Assembly (NCBI GenBank): GCA_041690595.1
Contig: JAWLHB010000006.1
Location: forward strand, 124,001 to 188,000
DNA from: Lentisphaeria bacterium
GTDB lineage: Bacteria > Verrucomicrobiota > Lentisphaeria > JABSQK01 > JAWLHB01
Direction: 5' to 3'
DNA length: 64,000 nt
Shown here: positions 1-9,000 of the stretch, piece after piece
Position numbering within the stretch: the stretch's first letter is position 1
How the letters are laid out: every line of letters starts with the position of its first letter
Program-made: the position numbers and the translations under genes
The notes under the pieces: generated by a model
Told to the model about the DNA's origin: nothing
What the model saw: the letters and a program-made list of their open reading frames with translations, nothing else
Database searches by the model: none

Positions 1-1410
1 GAGGATGTCCGCACAGACCTGAACAATGAAGGGCGACTTCTTCGGGATGCCGCCCAGAACGATCACCCGCTCGATCTCTATTCCCTCCTCGCGAAAGCGA
101 TCGACGATCCGCCGGGAACCGAAGGCCGTGGCCTCGACCAGCGCCCTGTAGATGCGCGGGGCATCGCTACCGAGGGTCAGCCCCATGATGGCGCCGCGCA
201 GTTCCTGATTTGCATAGGGGGTGCGGCGGCCATTCATCCAGTCGATGGCGACGATCCCGGATTCTCCAATGGGAATCTTCTCGGCCGCGGCATTCAGGGC
301 GGGGAGAATCCGGTCGCGTGCGGCTTCTCCTCCCTCGACCAGGTCGAGGCCGAAGCCAAGGAGAGCGCCGAACCAGGCAAAAAGGTCGCCAAAGGCGGAT
401 TGACCGGCCTCCATTCCCAGCATCCCAGGGACGATTGAACCATCGACCTGACCGCAGATGCCGCCGATCAGCTTGTCGCCGATATGGGCACAGGGCGCGA
501 TGAGCATGTCGCAGGTGGAGGTACCCATCACCTTGCTGAGCGTGTAGGGCTTGATCTCCACCCCCACGGCGCCCATGTGCGCATCGAAGGCGCCGACGGC
601 AACGGCAACATCCGTGGTGAGTCCGAGCTTGGCGGCCCATTCCGCCGTCAGGTTGCCCACCTTGACATCCGAGGTGAAGGTGTGGCGGTAGAGACGGTCG
701 CGAAGACCACCGAGAAGCGGATCGACGACGGTCAGGAACGCTTCGGGGGGAAGCCCTTCCCAAGACTCGTGCCACATGGCCTTGTGACCGGCGGCGCAGC
801 GGCTTCGCTTCAGGGTCAGGGGGTCGGTCTTGCCGGTAAGCAGGGCCGGCATCCAATCGCAATGCTCTACCCAAGACCAGGCAGCGTCTCGGACGGCGGC
901 ATCCTTGCGCAGAATGTGCAGGATCTTGGCAAAGAACCATTCGCTGGAATAGACGCCGCCCGAGTAGCGGGTATAGTCGTCGCCACCCCAAGTACGCGCG
1001 GTGCGGTTGATGTCCGCCGCTTCCTTCACTGCCGTATGGTCTTTCCACAAGACGAACATGGCATTGGGGTTGTCGGCAAATTCATCCTTGAGCGCCAGCG
1101 GGGTGCCTTGGCGATCGACCGCCACGGGTGTCGATCCGGTGGTATCGACCGCCAGCCCCTTCACCTGCGAGGCGACCTCCTCGCCGGCCTCTTCGAGGGC
1201 GCCGCGGACGGAGGCGATGAGCCCTTCGATGTAGTCGAGGGGATGCTGGCGGAACGCGTTCCTGGACGGATCGCAGTACAATCCGCGCTTCCATCTCGCG
1301 TAGGGATGTACGTGGGCGCCAAGTTCCTCGCCGGTGCGGGCGTTGACCACCACCGAGCGCACGGAATCCGTGCCGTAATCCACGCCAATGACATAGCTGT
1401 CCCGTGCCAT
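1..1410 (-). CDS. araB: Ribulokinase (FGGY family), C-terminus beyond window start
   Basis: Manual translation from ATG at 1410 gives MARDSYVIGVDYGTDSVR, then FRQHPLDY, LWKDHTA, YSSEWF, AAGHKAMW; typical AraB motifs. Not in the ORF track because it runs off the edge. Confidence 0.9.
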   Translation of the reverse strand, partial: MARDSYVIGVDYGTDSVRSVVVNARTGEELGAHVHPYARWKRGLYCDPSRNAFRQHPLDYIEGLIASVRGALEEAGEEVASQVKGLAVDTTGSTPVAVDRQGTPLALKDEFADNPNAMFVLWKDHTAVKEAADINRTARTWGGDDYTRYSGGVYSSEWFFAKILHILRKDAAVRDAAWSWVEHCDWMPALLTGKTDPLTLKRSRCAAGHKAMWHESWEGLPPEAFLTVVDPLLGGLRDRLYRHTFTSDVKVGNLTAEWAAKLGLTTDVAVAVGAFDAHMGAVGVEIKPYTLSKVMGTSTCDMLIAPCAHIGDKLIGGICGQVDGSIVPGMLGMEAGQSAFGDLFAWFGALLGFGLDLVEGGEAARDRILPALNAAAEKIPIGESGIVAIDWMNGRRTPYANQELRGAIMGLTLGSDAPRIYRALVEATAFGSRRIVDRFREEGIEIERVIVLGGIPKKSPFIVQVCADIL

Positions 1411-1520
1411 AGAAAGATCTCCTGTATCGTTGCCTTGCTGAAGGTATGCTTCAGGCTAAAGATAGCTGGCCATGCCCCGAAGGCAAAGCCTTGCGAAGAA
1501 GCTTTCCAGCAACTCCCGGT

Positions 1521-2003
1521 TCAGACGCGCTCCTGCATCAGCGTGAAAAGGCGTTGCTTGTCCAGGTATGGCAGATATTGCCTGAAATCCATGCCGGAAC
1601 GAACGACCCAGTCGGTCAGCAGGCGTTTGACGGCATCCTGCAGATTCTGCGTCGTCCACGGCTTCTGGATGTAATGATCGATGTGCGCCTGATTGATTGC
1701 CCGGATGGTATCCTCGTGGGTCGCCAGACCGGTGAGCAACAGCTTGAGGACCGCCTCGTATTCCGGCTCGTTGTTGAGTTCGATGAGGAAGTCGATGCCG
1801 GTGGTGCCGGGCATGATATGATCGCAGATGATGAGCGGGATGAGCTCGCCATGCTGCACCAGCTCGTTCATGACCTGCCGAGCCTCGTCGACAGATTCGC
1901 ATTCGACAAGGTTGAAGGCGTCGACAAAGTAATCGAGATCGCGCCGTAAGGTCGCCAGGACCTCCCGCTGATCGTCCACGCAAAGAATGTTAAGCTGAGC
2001 CAT
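1521..2003 (-). CDS. Stand-alone response regulator (receiver domain)
   Basis: ILCVDDQ, IICDHIMPG (phosphoacceptor Asp), LLTG, YIQKPW. Confidence 0.9.
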   Translation of the reverse strand: MAQLNILCVDDQREVLATLRRDLDYFVDAFNLVECESVDEARQVMNELVQHGELIPLIICDHIMPGTTGIDFLIELNNEPEYEAVLKLLLTGLATHEDTIRAINQAHIDHYIQKPWTTQNLQDAVKRLLTDWVVRSGMDFRQYLPYLDKQRLFTLMQERV

Positions 2004-3372
2004 GATGTTCCTTCACCGGAAGCTGCACTCTTAATGTAGCACCGTTCGGTGTCGATAGTATTTCCACAGTACCGTGATAGTCGGTCACCAACCGTTTGAC
2101 AATGGTAAGCCCGAGGCCAAGACCGAATGAAAGACCTCGTTTGCGCGTGGTTACATTGGGCTGGAAAATGTGCGGCAGCAGATCTTCCGGAATCCCCGGC
2201 CCGTTGTCAGCGACTTCGACCACGACCATGCCTTCTTCGCGCACGAAGGTGGAGGTGACGGTGATCACCGGCTGGGTGATATTCGCACCGGTCAGGGCTT
2301 CGCAGGCATTGCGGATCAGGTTGGTCCAGATCTGTACCAGTTCACCCAGATTGGCGACAAGCGGGGGCAATTCTCCAAACTCCAGATTGAGTTGGATCTC
2401 CTTGTGATTGGCGCGCGTGAGCGAGAGCGCGATCTGGATGGAGTTGTTGACGTCGACATCCGGCTCCCGTTCCGAATTGGTGGCGCCCAGCGTCTTCATG
2501 GACGAGATGACGTGCACGGCCTGGCTGGAGCCAAGACACATGTCGTGCAGCGTCGCGCCAAGTTCCCAGAGATTATGCAAGGCATCCGCCCGCTTCAAGG
2601 CGCTCTTGGGAAAGGCCTTCAGCGCGTCCGCCGCAATCCCCGTCCGTGCCAGCTTCCCGGCCGCGGTACCTGGCAGCTTCAGGTCGCGCGCAAAGATCTT
2701 CTCACGGTCACGGATCTCGCCGGTCGACAGCTTGCGTCCCCCTTCCAGCCCAGACTGGAAGAAGAGCACCTCCATCGACCCCCGATCGGCGATTTCGTGT
2801 TCAAGAAACTCGCTCACCCAACGACTGCCCAGGGAGAGCACCGTCAGTGCATTGTTCAGCTCGTGGGCAACCCCCGCCGCAAGCTGCCCAAGCGAGGCGA
2901 GCTTCTCCACTTCGCGCAGCTTGTTCATGACCTGCTTCTGCTTTTCCGCCATCTTGTGCAACTGCAGTTGGCGGCGCATGAGCCCCTCGACGACAATCGG
3001 CATGAACTGCTCGTCGATATTCGTGCTGCCGTTGATCTGCTTTGGCGGCTGCTCGCGATCGATATAGGCGAGGGTTGTCGTGACATCGGCAATGACCGTG
3101 AATGCCATCTGGAAGCCGCGCGAGAAGAAGCTGTGGATCCCGACAAAGTCGCCGCGGTCGAAGATGAAGGTCTCGTTGCGGGTGCCTTCGTCGTTGCTGA
3201 GCAAGCCGCGCATGCGCCCACTCTTCACCAGAAAGAGCCGGCGATTGTCGTCGCCCCGGCTGCCCAGCATCTCTCCCGGCTCCAGCGTCAGCATGCGTGT
3301 GGGATCACTGAAATAGGCCTCCGTCAGCCGTGCCGTCAGCGTTTCCGTGCGAATGGGGTCGATGAGGTTCAC
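1990..3372 (-). CDS. Cytoplasmic histidine kinase with N-terminal cNMP-binding-like domain
   Basis: LFLVKSG/GDFVG beta-roll; H-box LAAGVAHELNN; N-box QIWTNLIRNA; DNGPGIP; GLGLGL. GTG start overlaps the upstream stop (GTGA). Confidence 0.88.
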   Translation of the reverse strand: MNLIDPIRTETLTARLTEAYFSDPTRMLTLEPGEMLGSRGDDNRRLFLVKSGRMRGLLSNDEGTRNETFIFDRGDFVGIHSFFSRGFQMAFTVIADVTTTLAYIDREQPPKQINGSTNIDEQFMPIVVEGLMRRQLQLHKMAEKQKQVMNKLREVEKLASLGQLAAGVAHELNNALTVLSLGSRWVSEFLEHEIADRGSMEVLFFQSGLEGGRKLSTGEIRDREKIFARDLKLPGTAAGKLARTGIAADALKAFPKSALKRADALHNLWELGATLHDMCLGSSQAVHVISSMKTLGATNSEREPDVDVNNSIQIALSLTRANHKEIQLNLEFGELPPLVANLGELVQIWTNLIRNACEALTGANITQPVITVTSTFVREEGMVVVEVADNGPGIPEDLLPHIFQPNVTTRKRGLSFGLGLGLTIVKRLVTDYHGTVEILSTPNGATLRVQLPVKEHHGSA

Positions 3373-4790
3373 AGGAAGCCCACCAGCTTGAGGCATGCGA
3401 CGAGTACGAGAATGCCGAGGCAGCCGATTACGGCGACCAGCATACCGGAGCGAAACATGTCACGCACGGAGAAGAGGTTGGTGGCGTAGGCCATTGCATT
3501 CGGTGGCGTACTGATCGGCAGGGCCATCGCCAGCGAGCAGGTGAAGGTCACCGCGAGAATCATCATCATCTCACCTCCGTAGGGGCCGAGCGTCGTCAGG
3601 TTCGTCCCCAGTGCTACGGTGATCGGGAGCACAAGGTTTGCCGTGGCGGTATGGGACATGAAGGTTGCCATCAGCAGGATGACGGTCATGGCTACCGAGA
3701 TGATCAGCACCGGGTGAAACTGTTCGAAAGGAATGCTTGCTACAAACTTCTGGCTCAATCCGGATTTTTCAAGCGCCATGCCCAGGGCAATACCGCCCGC
3801 CACCAGCCACAGCACATCCCAGCTCAGCCGCTTGATATCCTCCGCCGAGACGATACCGGTGGTGCAGAAGACAGTCACTGGTATCATGGCGACGACATAG
3901 GAGTTGAGCTTGACCAGATCCCCGAACAACCAGAGCAGGATGGTAACCGCCGTCGTGACATAGACGATCATGGCTGGGCGGCTGGTCTGGAAGCGCCCTT
4001 TGATCCGCAACACCATCCGGCTGCTGGAGGTGGGGAAAAACCACATCAGGAGCAGCCAGGTGATCAGGAGCATGACGATCACATACGGCACCGCGAAGGC
4101 CATCCAGGTGCCGAACGAGATGTACATGTCGCCGGTAAGATACTTCATGGCGATGGCGTTTGGCGGCGTTCCGATGGGGGTCCCGATGCCGCCGATGTTG
4201 GCGGCGAAGGGAATGGCCAGGACGAAGGCGATCTTGCCGAGATCGTTCTCCTCCAGGCTGTCGAGTACGGGCATGAGGATAGCCAGCATCATGGCGGCAG
4301 TGGCGGTATTGCTCATGAACATGGAGAAGACTGCGGTGAGCATGATCAATCCCAGGAGGACGAACTTCGGCTTCGTGCCGAATGGCTTCAACAGGACGCG
4401 CGCGAGATTCTGATCGAGCTGATACTTCTTGGCGGCCATGGCCAGGAAGAAGCCCCCCAGGAAGAGCATGATCACGGGCGATGCGAAGCTGCCCAGAACA
4501 TCGCGATAGCCGATCAGGATGCCAAGCTGCGCCTCTGTATGCCCCTCGCGCAACCAGTATAGCGCCTGGTCCGAGACCAGCAGCAGTTCCAGCATGATCA
4601 CCAGGATGGAGGTGGCGAAAACCGGGATCGGCTCGAAGAGCCAGCAGAGCATCGCCAGCATGAAGATGGCGATCAGCCGCTGATCCACCAGCGCCACATT
4701 CTGGATCGGTATCCAATCCATGGGCATCATCAGCAACAGGGCGGGCACCCCGAAGCACAAAAGATATTTCGCCACCTTGCCTCCAGTCAT
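3369..4790 (-). CDS. SLC13/DASS family anion:sodium symporter
   Basis: Many TM helices; SMFMSNTAT, GTPIGTPPNAIA and ALPISTPPNA signatures. Confidence 0.92.
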   Translation of the reverse strand: MTGGKVAKYLLCFGVPALLLMMPMDWIPIQNVALVDQRLIAIFMLAMLCWLFEPIPVFATSILVIMLELLLVSDQALYWLREGHTEAQLGILIGYRDVLGSFASPVIMLFLGGFFLAMAAKKYQLDQNLARVLLKPFGTKPKFVLLGLIMLTAVFSMFMSNTATAAMMLAILMPVLDSLEENDLGKIAFVLAIPFAANIGGIGTPIGTPPNAIAMKYLTGDMYISFGTWMAFAVPYVIVMLLITWLLLMWFFPTSSSRMVLRIKGRFQTSRPAMIVYVTTAVTILLWLFGDLVKLNSYVVAMIPVTVFCTTGIVSAEDIKRLSWDVLWLVAGGIALGMALEKSGLSQKFVASIPFEQFHPVLIISVAMTVILLMATFMSHTATANLVLPITVALGTNLTTLGPYGGEMMMILAVTFTCSLAMALPISTPPNAMAYATNLFSVRDMFRSGMLVAVIGCLGILVLVACLKLVGFL

Positions 4791-4794
4791 CGTC

Positions 4795-6654
4795 TCACTC
4801 CTCGGCTACCAGATAATGTTCAAAAAACTGTCGGGCGATGGGGGCGGCCGTCTTGCCTCCAGATTCCCCATGCTCGATGAAGACCGCTACCGCATATCGC
4901 GGCTCCGTATACGGCCCGAAACAGATGAACCAGACGTTCTTGTAACGACCGTCGCCGCTCCCCACTTCCGCGGTACCCGTCTTGCCCGCCAGCTCGATCA
5001 CCTCCGTCTGGGCACTTTTGGCGGATGCATTCGGCCCGTGGATGACACTATGCATGGCCTCGCGTACCATTTGCAAATTTTCCGGGCTTGCCGCGAGTTG
5101 GCCCCGCACGTCCGGCCGCGTCACAATGACCGGGTTGGCGTCGACGGTCTGCACCGCCTTCACCAGGCGCGGCCGCAGCAGGAGCCCGCCATTGGCAATC
5201 GCGGCGGTGAAGACGGCAGCCTGCAACGGGCTGACGCCGATGAATCCCTGGCCGATGGAGATCAGAGCGGTGTCGCCCGTGTACCAGGGAATACCCTGTC
5301 GGCGCTTCTTCTCGTCGCGCCCCGGGAGAATTCCTTTGGCGTAGGGTGAATCCAACTCCAGCCCGGTTGGTTGGCCGATGCCCCCGCTGGCGAGCGTCTC
5401 TTCCAGATTGGCGATCCCCGTGCGCAGGCCGATGTCGATGAAATAGGTGTTGCAGGAGACCTCGATCGCCTTGTGGAGGTCGATCTCGCCATGTCCCCAG
5501 CGGGCCGAGCAACGAATGCGGCTTTCGCCGATCTGGTAATAGCCGGGGCAATCGATGATGGTGTCGGGGGTGATGACCTCGTGCTCCAGGGCGCTGAGTG
5601 CGATCAGCGGCTTGATGATCGATCCGCAGTTGTAGCCGGCCAGAATGGCCCGATTCTGCAGCGGTTTTTCCGGCGCCTCCTCGAGCGCTCTGAATTGGTC
5701 ACCCACGGTCTTCCTGTCGAAGCTGAAGTCACTGACCATGGCCAGCATTGTCGGGAGATCGTAGCTGGGTTCGCTGACCATGGCCAGCACGGCGCCAGAG
5801 CGCACATCGAGCAGCACCAGCGAGCCTTCGCGCCCCTTCAGCAGGCTCTGTCCGATTTTCTGAGCCCGGCTGTCGATGTTAAGCACCAGGTTGTCGCCCA
5901 TCCTCGGCCGGCGCACCTGATCGAGCTGGTCGTGATACATGCCCAGATTATCCACGCGCATCAGCCGCATGCCCCCTTCCCCGCTGAGATGGCTGTCATA
6001 CAGCCGCTCCAGCCCCTTGTAGCCGATCAGCTCGGGCAGGAAATAATCGTAGCGCTCTCCATCCGGACTCTGATCGCTGCTACGCAGACCGACATATCCC
6101 AGCCAATGCGCACCGACATCTCCCAGCGGATAAAGGCGCTTCATGCGGGTGTTAATTTCCAGCCCGGGAAAGCCCGGCATCAACGAATAGAGACGGGCCA
6201 TCTCGGCCTGGCTGAGGTTGTCGAAGGCCTTGAAGGGCAACGCGGGATAGACGCGCATGTGATGGCGCAGCCGCGCCTCGACCTGCACCATATCCAGCTC
6301 GTGCTCGCGCCCCAGCACCAGAGCGGTCTGTTCGATTGTGGCCAGAATGAACTCTCTGGTCGACGGCCCGCCGCGCCGGCGAGGCTGCTTCATTTCATGC
6401 AGATGAAAGAGCACTTCGTGCGTCGGGATGTTGTCAGCCAGCACAACGCCGTCACGACTGAAGATGCGGCCGCGCACCGGGGCAATGCGCTCTCGCCGGA
6501 TGCTCTGATGCATGATGCGCTGAACATGCTCCGGGCCGCGCTGAACCTGCTCGTACCATAGCCGTGCCACCAGCGCGCCCTGACTCGCCAGCACCAGCGC
6601 CAGCAGCAGCCAGATGCGCACCGAAAATCCTCTGAAAAACTGATCAATCGTCAT
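4795..6654 (-). CDS. mrdA: Penicillin-binding protein 2 (class B transpeptidase)
   Basis: N-terminal TM, APVRGRIFSRDG, RLYPLG, SxxK (SIIK), SxN (SCN), KTGTAE. Confidence 0.9.
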   Translation of the reverse strand: MTIDQFFRGFSVRIWLLLALVLASQGALVARLWYEQVQRGPEHVQRIMHQSIRRERIAPVRGRIFSRDGVVLADNIPTHEVLFHLHEMKQPRRRGGPSTREFILATIEQTALVLGREHELDMVQVEARLRHHMRVYPALPFKAFDNLSQAEMARLYSLMPGFPGLEINTRMKRLYPLGDVGAHWLGYVGLRSSDQSPDGERYDYFLPELIGYKGLERLYDSHLSGEGGMRLMRVDNLGMYHDQLDQVRRPRMGDNLVLNIDSRAQKIGQSLLKGREGSLVLLDVRSGAVLAMVSEPSYDLPTMLAMVSDFSFDRKTVGDQFRALEEAPEKPLQNRAILAGYNCGSIIKPLIALSALEHEVITPDTIIDCPGYYQIGESRIRCSARWGHGEIDLHKAIEVSCNTYFIDIGLRTGIANLEETLASGGIGQPTGLELDSPYAKGILPGRDEKKRRQGIPWYTGDTALISIGQGFIGVSPLQAAVFTAAIANGGLLLRPRLVKAVQTVDANPVIVTRPDVRGQLAASPENLQMVREAMHSVIHGPNASAKSAQTEVIELAGKTGTAEVGSGDGRYKNVWFICFGPYTEPRYAVAVFIEHGESGGKTAAPIARQFFEHYLVAEE

Positions 6655-7210
6655 GAGAGCCCGAGCGAATGTACGCTTTGCGATGGTATTGGTTGATCTC
6701 CAGGCGGGCAGCGACAAAATCGAGAAACGCCACCAGGATCGGCAGCGCGATCGCGCCTGCCAGGACTCCTTTCAGCAGGAAGAGCCCCATTTCGGTCAGC
6801 GACATGTAGACAGCCGGCGGCACCAGCCTCGTATTCTCCAGCGCCACCACCACGCCCGCATAGACTCCTCCCAGCAACGCACCGGGTAAGGTCTGGCTGA
6901 GGAGCATGACGCGGTCCCCGGAGTTGCGCCACGCATGTGCCGCCCAGACCACCAAGGGAAGGAGCGGCATCACCGTCATCCGCCGCGCCAGAAGTATCTC
7001 GATGCAGACGCATGCCGCACAGCCGCCCAGGAGCCCAAGGTGCCAGTTGTACGCCACGGTCAGCAGAAAAGCGAGCAGGAAGCCGCCCGGCAGGATAAGG
7101 TGCCATGAGGCACTCCCGATTTCCAGCGCGATCAGGAGAAAAGTCGCCACGACCATCCACGCGCCCTGAGTCAGCCGGCGCTGGATCGGGTAAGGCTCGA
7201 TCATGCTCAT
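6644..7210 (-). CDS. Membrane protein, MreD-like by size and position
   Basis: About 5 hydrophobic segments, 188 aa, overlaps the mrdA start. Confidence 0.5.
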   Translation of the reverse strand: MSMIEPYPIQRRLTQGAWMVVATFLLIALEIGSASWHLILPGGFLLAFLLTVAYNWHLGLLGGCAACVCIEILLARRMTVMPLLPLVVWAAHAWRNSGDRVMLLSQTLPGALLGGVYAGVVVALENTRLVPPAVYMSLTEMGLFLLKGVLAGAIALPILVAFLDFVAARLEINQYHRKAYIRSGSHDD

Positions 7211-7302
7211 CTTTTCCGCCTGCTCCTGCTTGCAATGAAACCAAGGACAAAGTTAAGTTCCCTTCCGCTCCTTTCAACCGGACAACCCGCGGAGTTCATA
7301 AT

Positions 7303-8106
7303 ATGAGCGAGCTTTGGCAGATCCGCACGCACAACAGGGGTCCAAAAGATGCCCCGGCCATTCTTCTGCTTCATGGTTTCCTTGGTAGTCATCGCGACTG
7401 GGATCCGCTGGCCGCGTCGTTGGCGCCGCATTATCGCGTTATCGTCCCCGATCTTCCCGGCCATGGAGATTCTCCTTTCCTTGCTCCCGCATCGGCGGGC
7501 CTGATCCCGCGCCTGGCCGATGATCTGGTTCGCCTCCTCCCCCGCCTTGGCCACCATGCCATTGTCGGTTATTCCATGGGCGGGCGGATTGCGCTCCATT
7601 GCCTTCTCCGCCACCCGAAACGTTTTGCCTTCGCCTTCCTGGAATCCGCCGGCCTTGGACTGCTGGACGATCCTGCCCGCATCCAGCGCCGCGAATGGGA
7701 GAGCAAACTGGCTGAACGGCTGGTGCAGCAAGCGCCGCGTGACTTCCTGAGCGACTGGTACCGCTTGCCGATTTTTGCCTCTCTGGCCGATCGACCGGCG
7801 TTGCTGGCCGAGCTGCTGGAGGCGCGTGCGCAGAACGATCCGGCTCAACTGGCTATGGCGCTGGTGGCCTTCAGTGTCGCCGACCAGGATGATCACCGCC
7901 CCTCGCTGCCGAGCCTCTCCATGCCCCTTCACTTCATCGCGGGCAAGCTCGATCCCAAGTACATGGCACTGGCTATCGAGGCCGCGGCACTCTGCCCCTT
8001 GGGCAATACGCACCTCCTGTGCGACTGCGGGCACACCCCGCATGTGGAATCGCCCGAACTTTTCAACCAACTCATCCTCGATACCATTGAATTCTACTCA
8101 CGTTAA
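7303..8106 (+). CDS. menH: SHCHC synthase (alpha/beta hydrolase)
   Basis: LLHGFLGS, DLPGHG, GYSMGGRIAL, DWYRLPIFASL, GHTPHVE; directly upstream of menB. Confidence 0.88.
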   Translation: MSELWQIRTHNRGPKDAPAILLLHGFLGSHRDWDPLAASLAPHYRVIVPDLPGHGDSPFLAPASAGLIPRLADDLVRLLPRLGHHAIVGYSMGGRIALHCLLRHPKRFAFAFLESAGLGLLDDPARIQRREWESKLAERLVQQAPRDFLSDWYRLPIFASLADRPALLAELLEARAQNDPAQLAMALVAFSVADQDDHRPSLPSLSMPLHFIAGKLDPKYMALAIEAAALCPLGNTHLLCDCGHTPHVESPELFNQLILDTIEFYSR

Positions 8107-8169
8107 CAGCATGGTCCCGACCCTCCATCATCCCGATATCCCCTCATTTCCAATGAAAGGCCGTACCCG

Positions 8170-8994
8170 ATGAAGAGCATCCAATGGCAATCCGCCGGTG
8201 ACTACACCGACATTCTGTACCACAAGGCCGAAGGTATCGCCAAGATCACCATCAACCGCCCGGAGGTTCGCAACGCCTTCCGCCCCCTCACCGTCCGCGA
8301 GATGCAGCAGGCGCTGGACAACGCCCGCGACGATGCGGAGATTGGTGTCGTCATCCTCACCGGCCAGGGCGAAAAGGCGTTCTGCAGCGGCGGCGATCAG
8401 AAGATCCGCGGCGATGCCGGTTATCAGGATGGGCAGACGGGGCACGAACGGCTCAACGTCCTCGACTTTCAGCGCCAGATCCGCACCTGCCCGAAACCGG
8501 TCATTGCCATGGTCGCCGGCTATGCCATCGGCGGTGGCCACGTGCTCCACGTCATGTGCGACCTCACGATTGCGGCTGACAATGCCATCTTCGGGCAGAC
8601 TGGCCCAAAGGTGGGTTCCTTCGACGGTGGCTATGGCGCCAGCTACCTGGCTCGCCTGGTCGGCCAGAAGAAAGCCCGCGAGATCTGGTTCCTCTGCCGC
8701 CAGTACACGGCTCAGCAAGCTCTCGACATGGGGCTGGTCAATGTCGTCGTCCCCTATGCGCGGCTGGAGGAAGAGACGGTCCAATGGTGCCGCGAGATCC
8801 TCTCCAAGTCGCCGCTCGCCATCCGCTGTCTCAAGTCCGCCCTCAACGCCGACTGCGATGGACAGGCGGGTCTGCAGGAGCTTGCCGGCAATGCCACGTT
8901 GCTCTACTACATGAGCGAGGAAGCCCAGGAAGGACGCAACGCCTTTGTCGAGAAGCGTCCCCCGGACTTCACCCGCTTTCCAAAGCGTCCGTGA
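8170..8994 (+). CDS. menB: 1,4-dihydroxy-2-naphthoyl-CoA synthase
   Basis: [48 protein letters not shown]. Confidence 0.98.
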   Translation: MKSIQWQSAGDYTDILYHKAEGIAKITINRPEVRNAFRPLTVREMQQALDNARDDAEIGVVILTGQGEKAFCSGGDQKIRGDAGYQDGQTGHERLNVLDFQRQIRTCPKPVIAMVAGYAIGGGHVLHVMCDLTIAADNAIFGQTGPKVGSFDGGYGASYLARLVGQKKAREIWFLCRQYTAQQALDMGLVNVVVPYARLEEETVQWCREILSKSPLAIRCLKSALNADCDGQAGLQELAGNATLLYYMSEEAQEGRNAFVEKRPPDFTRFPKRP

Positions 8995-9000
8995 GCTACC

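Noticed and set aside
484..1674. Plus-strand 396-aa ORF
   Set aside because: Antisense to araB, whose motifs are clear on the minus strand.
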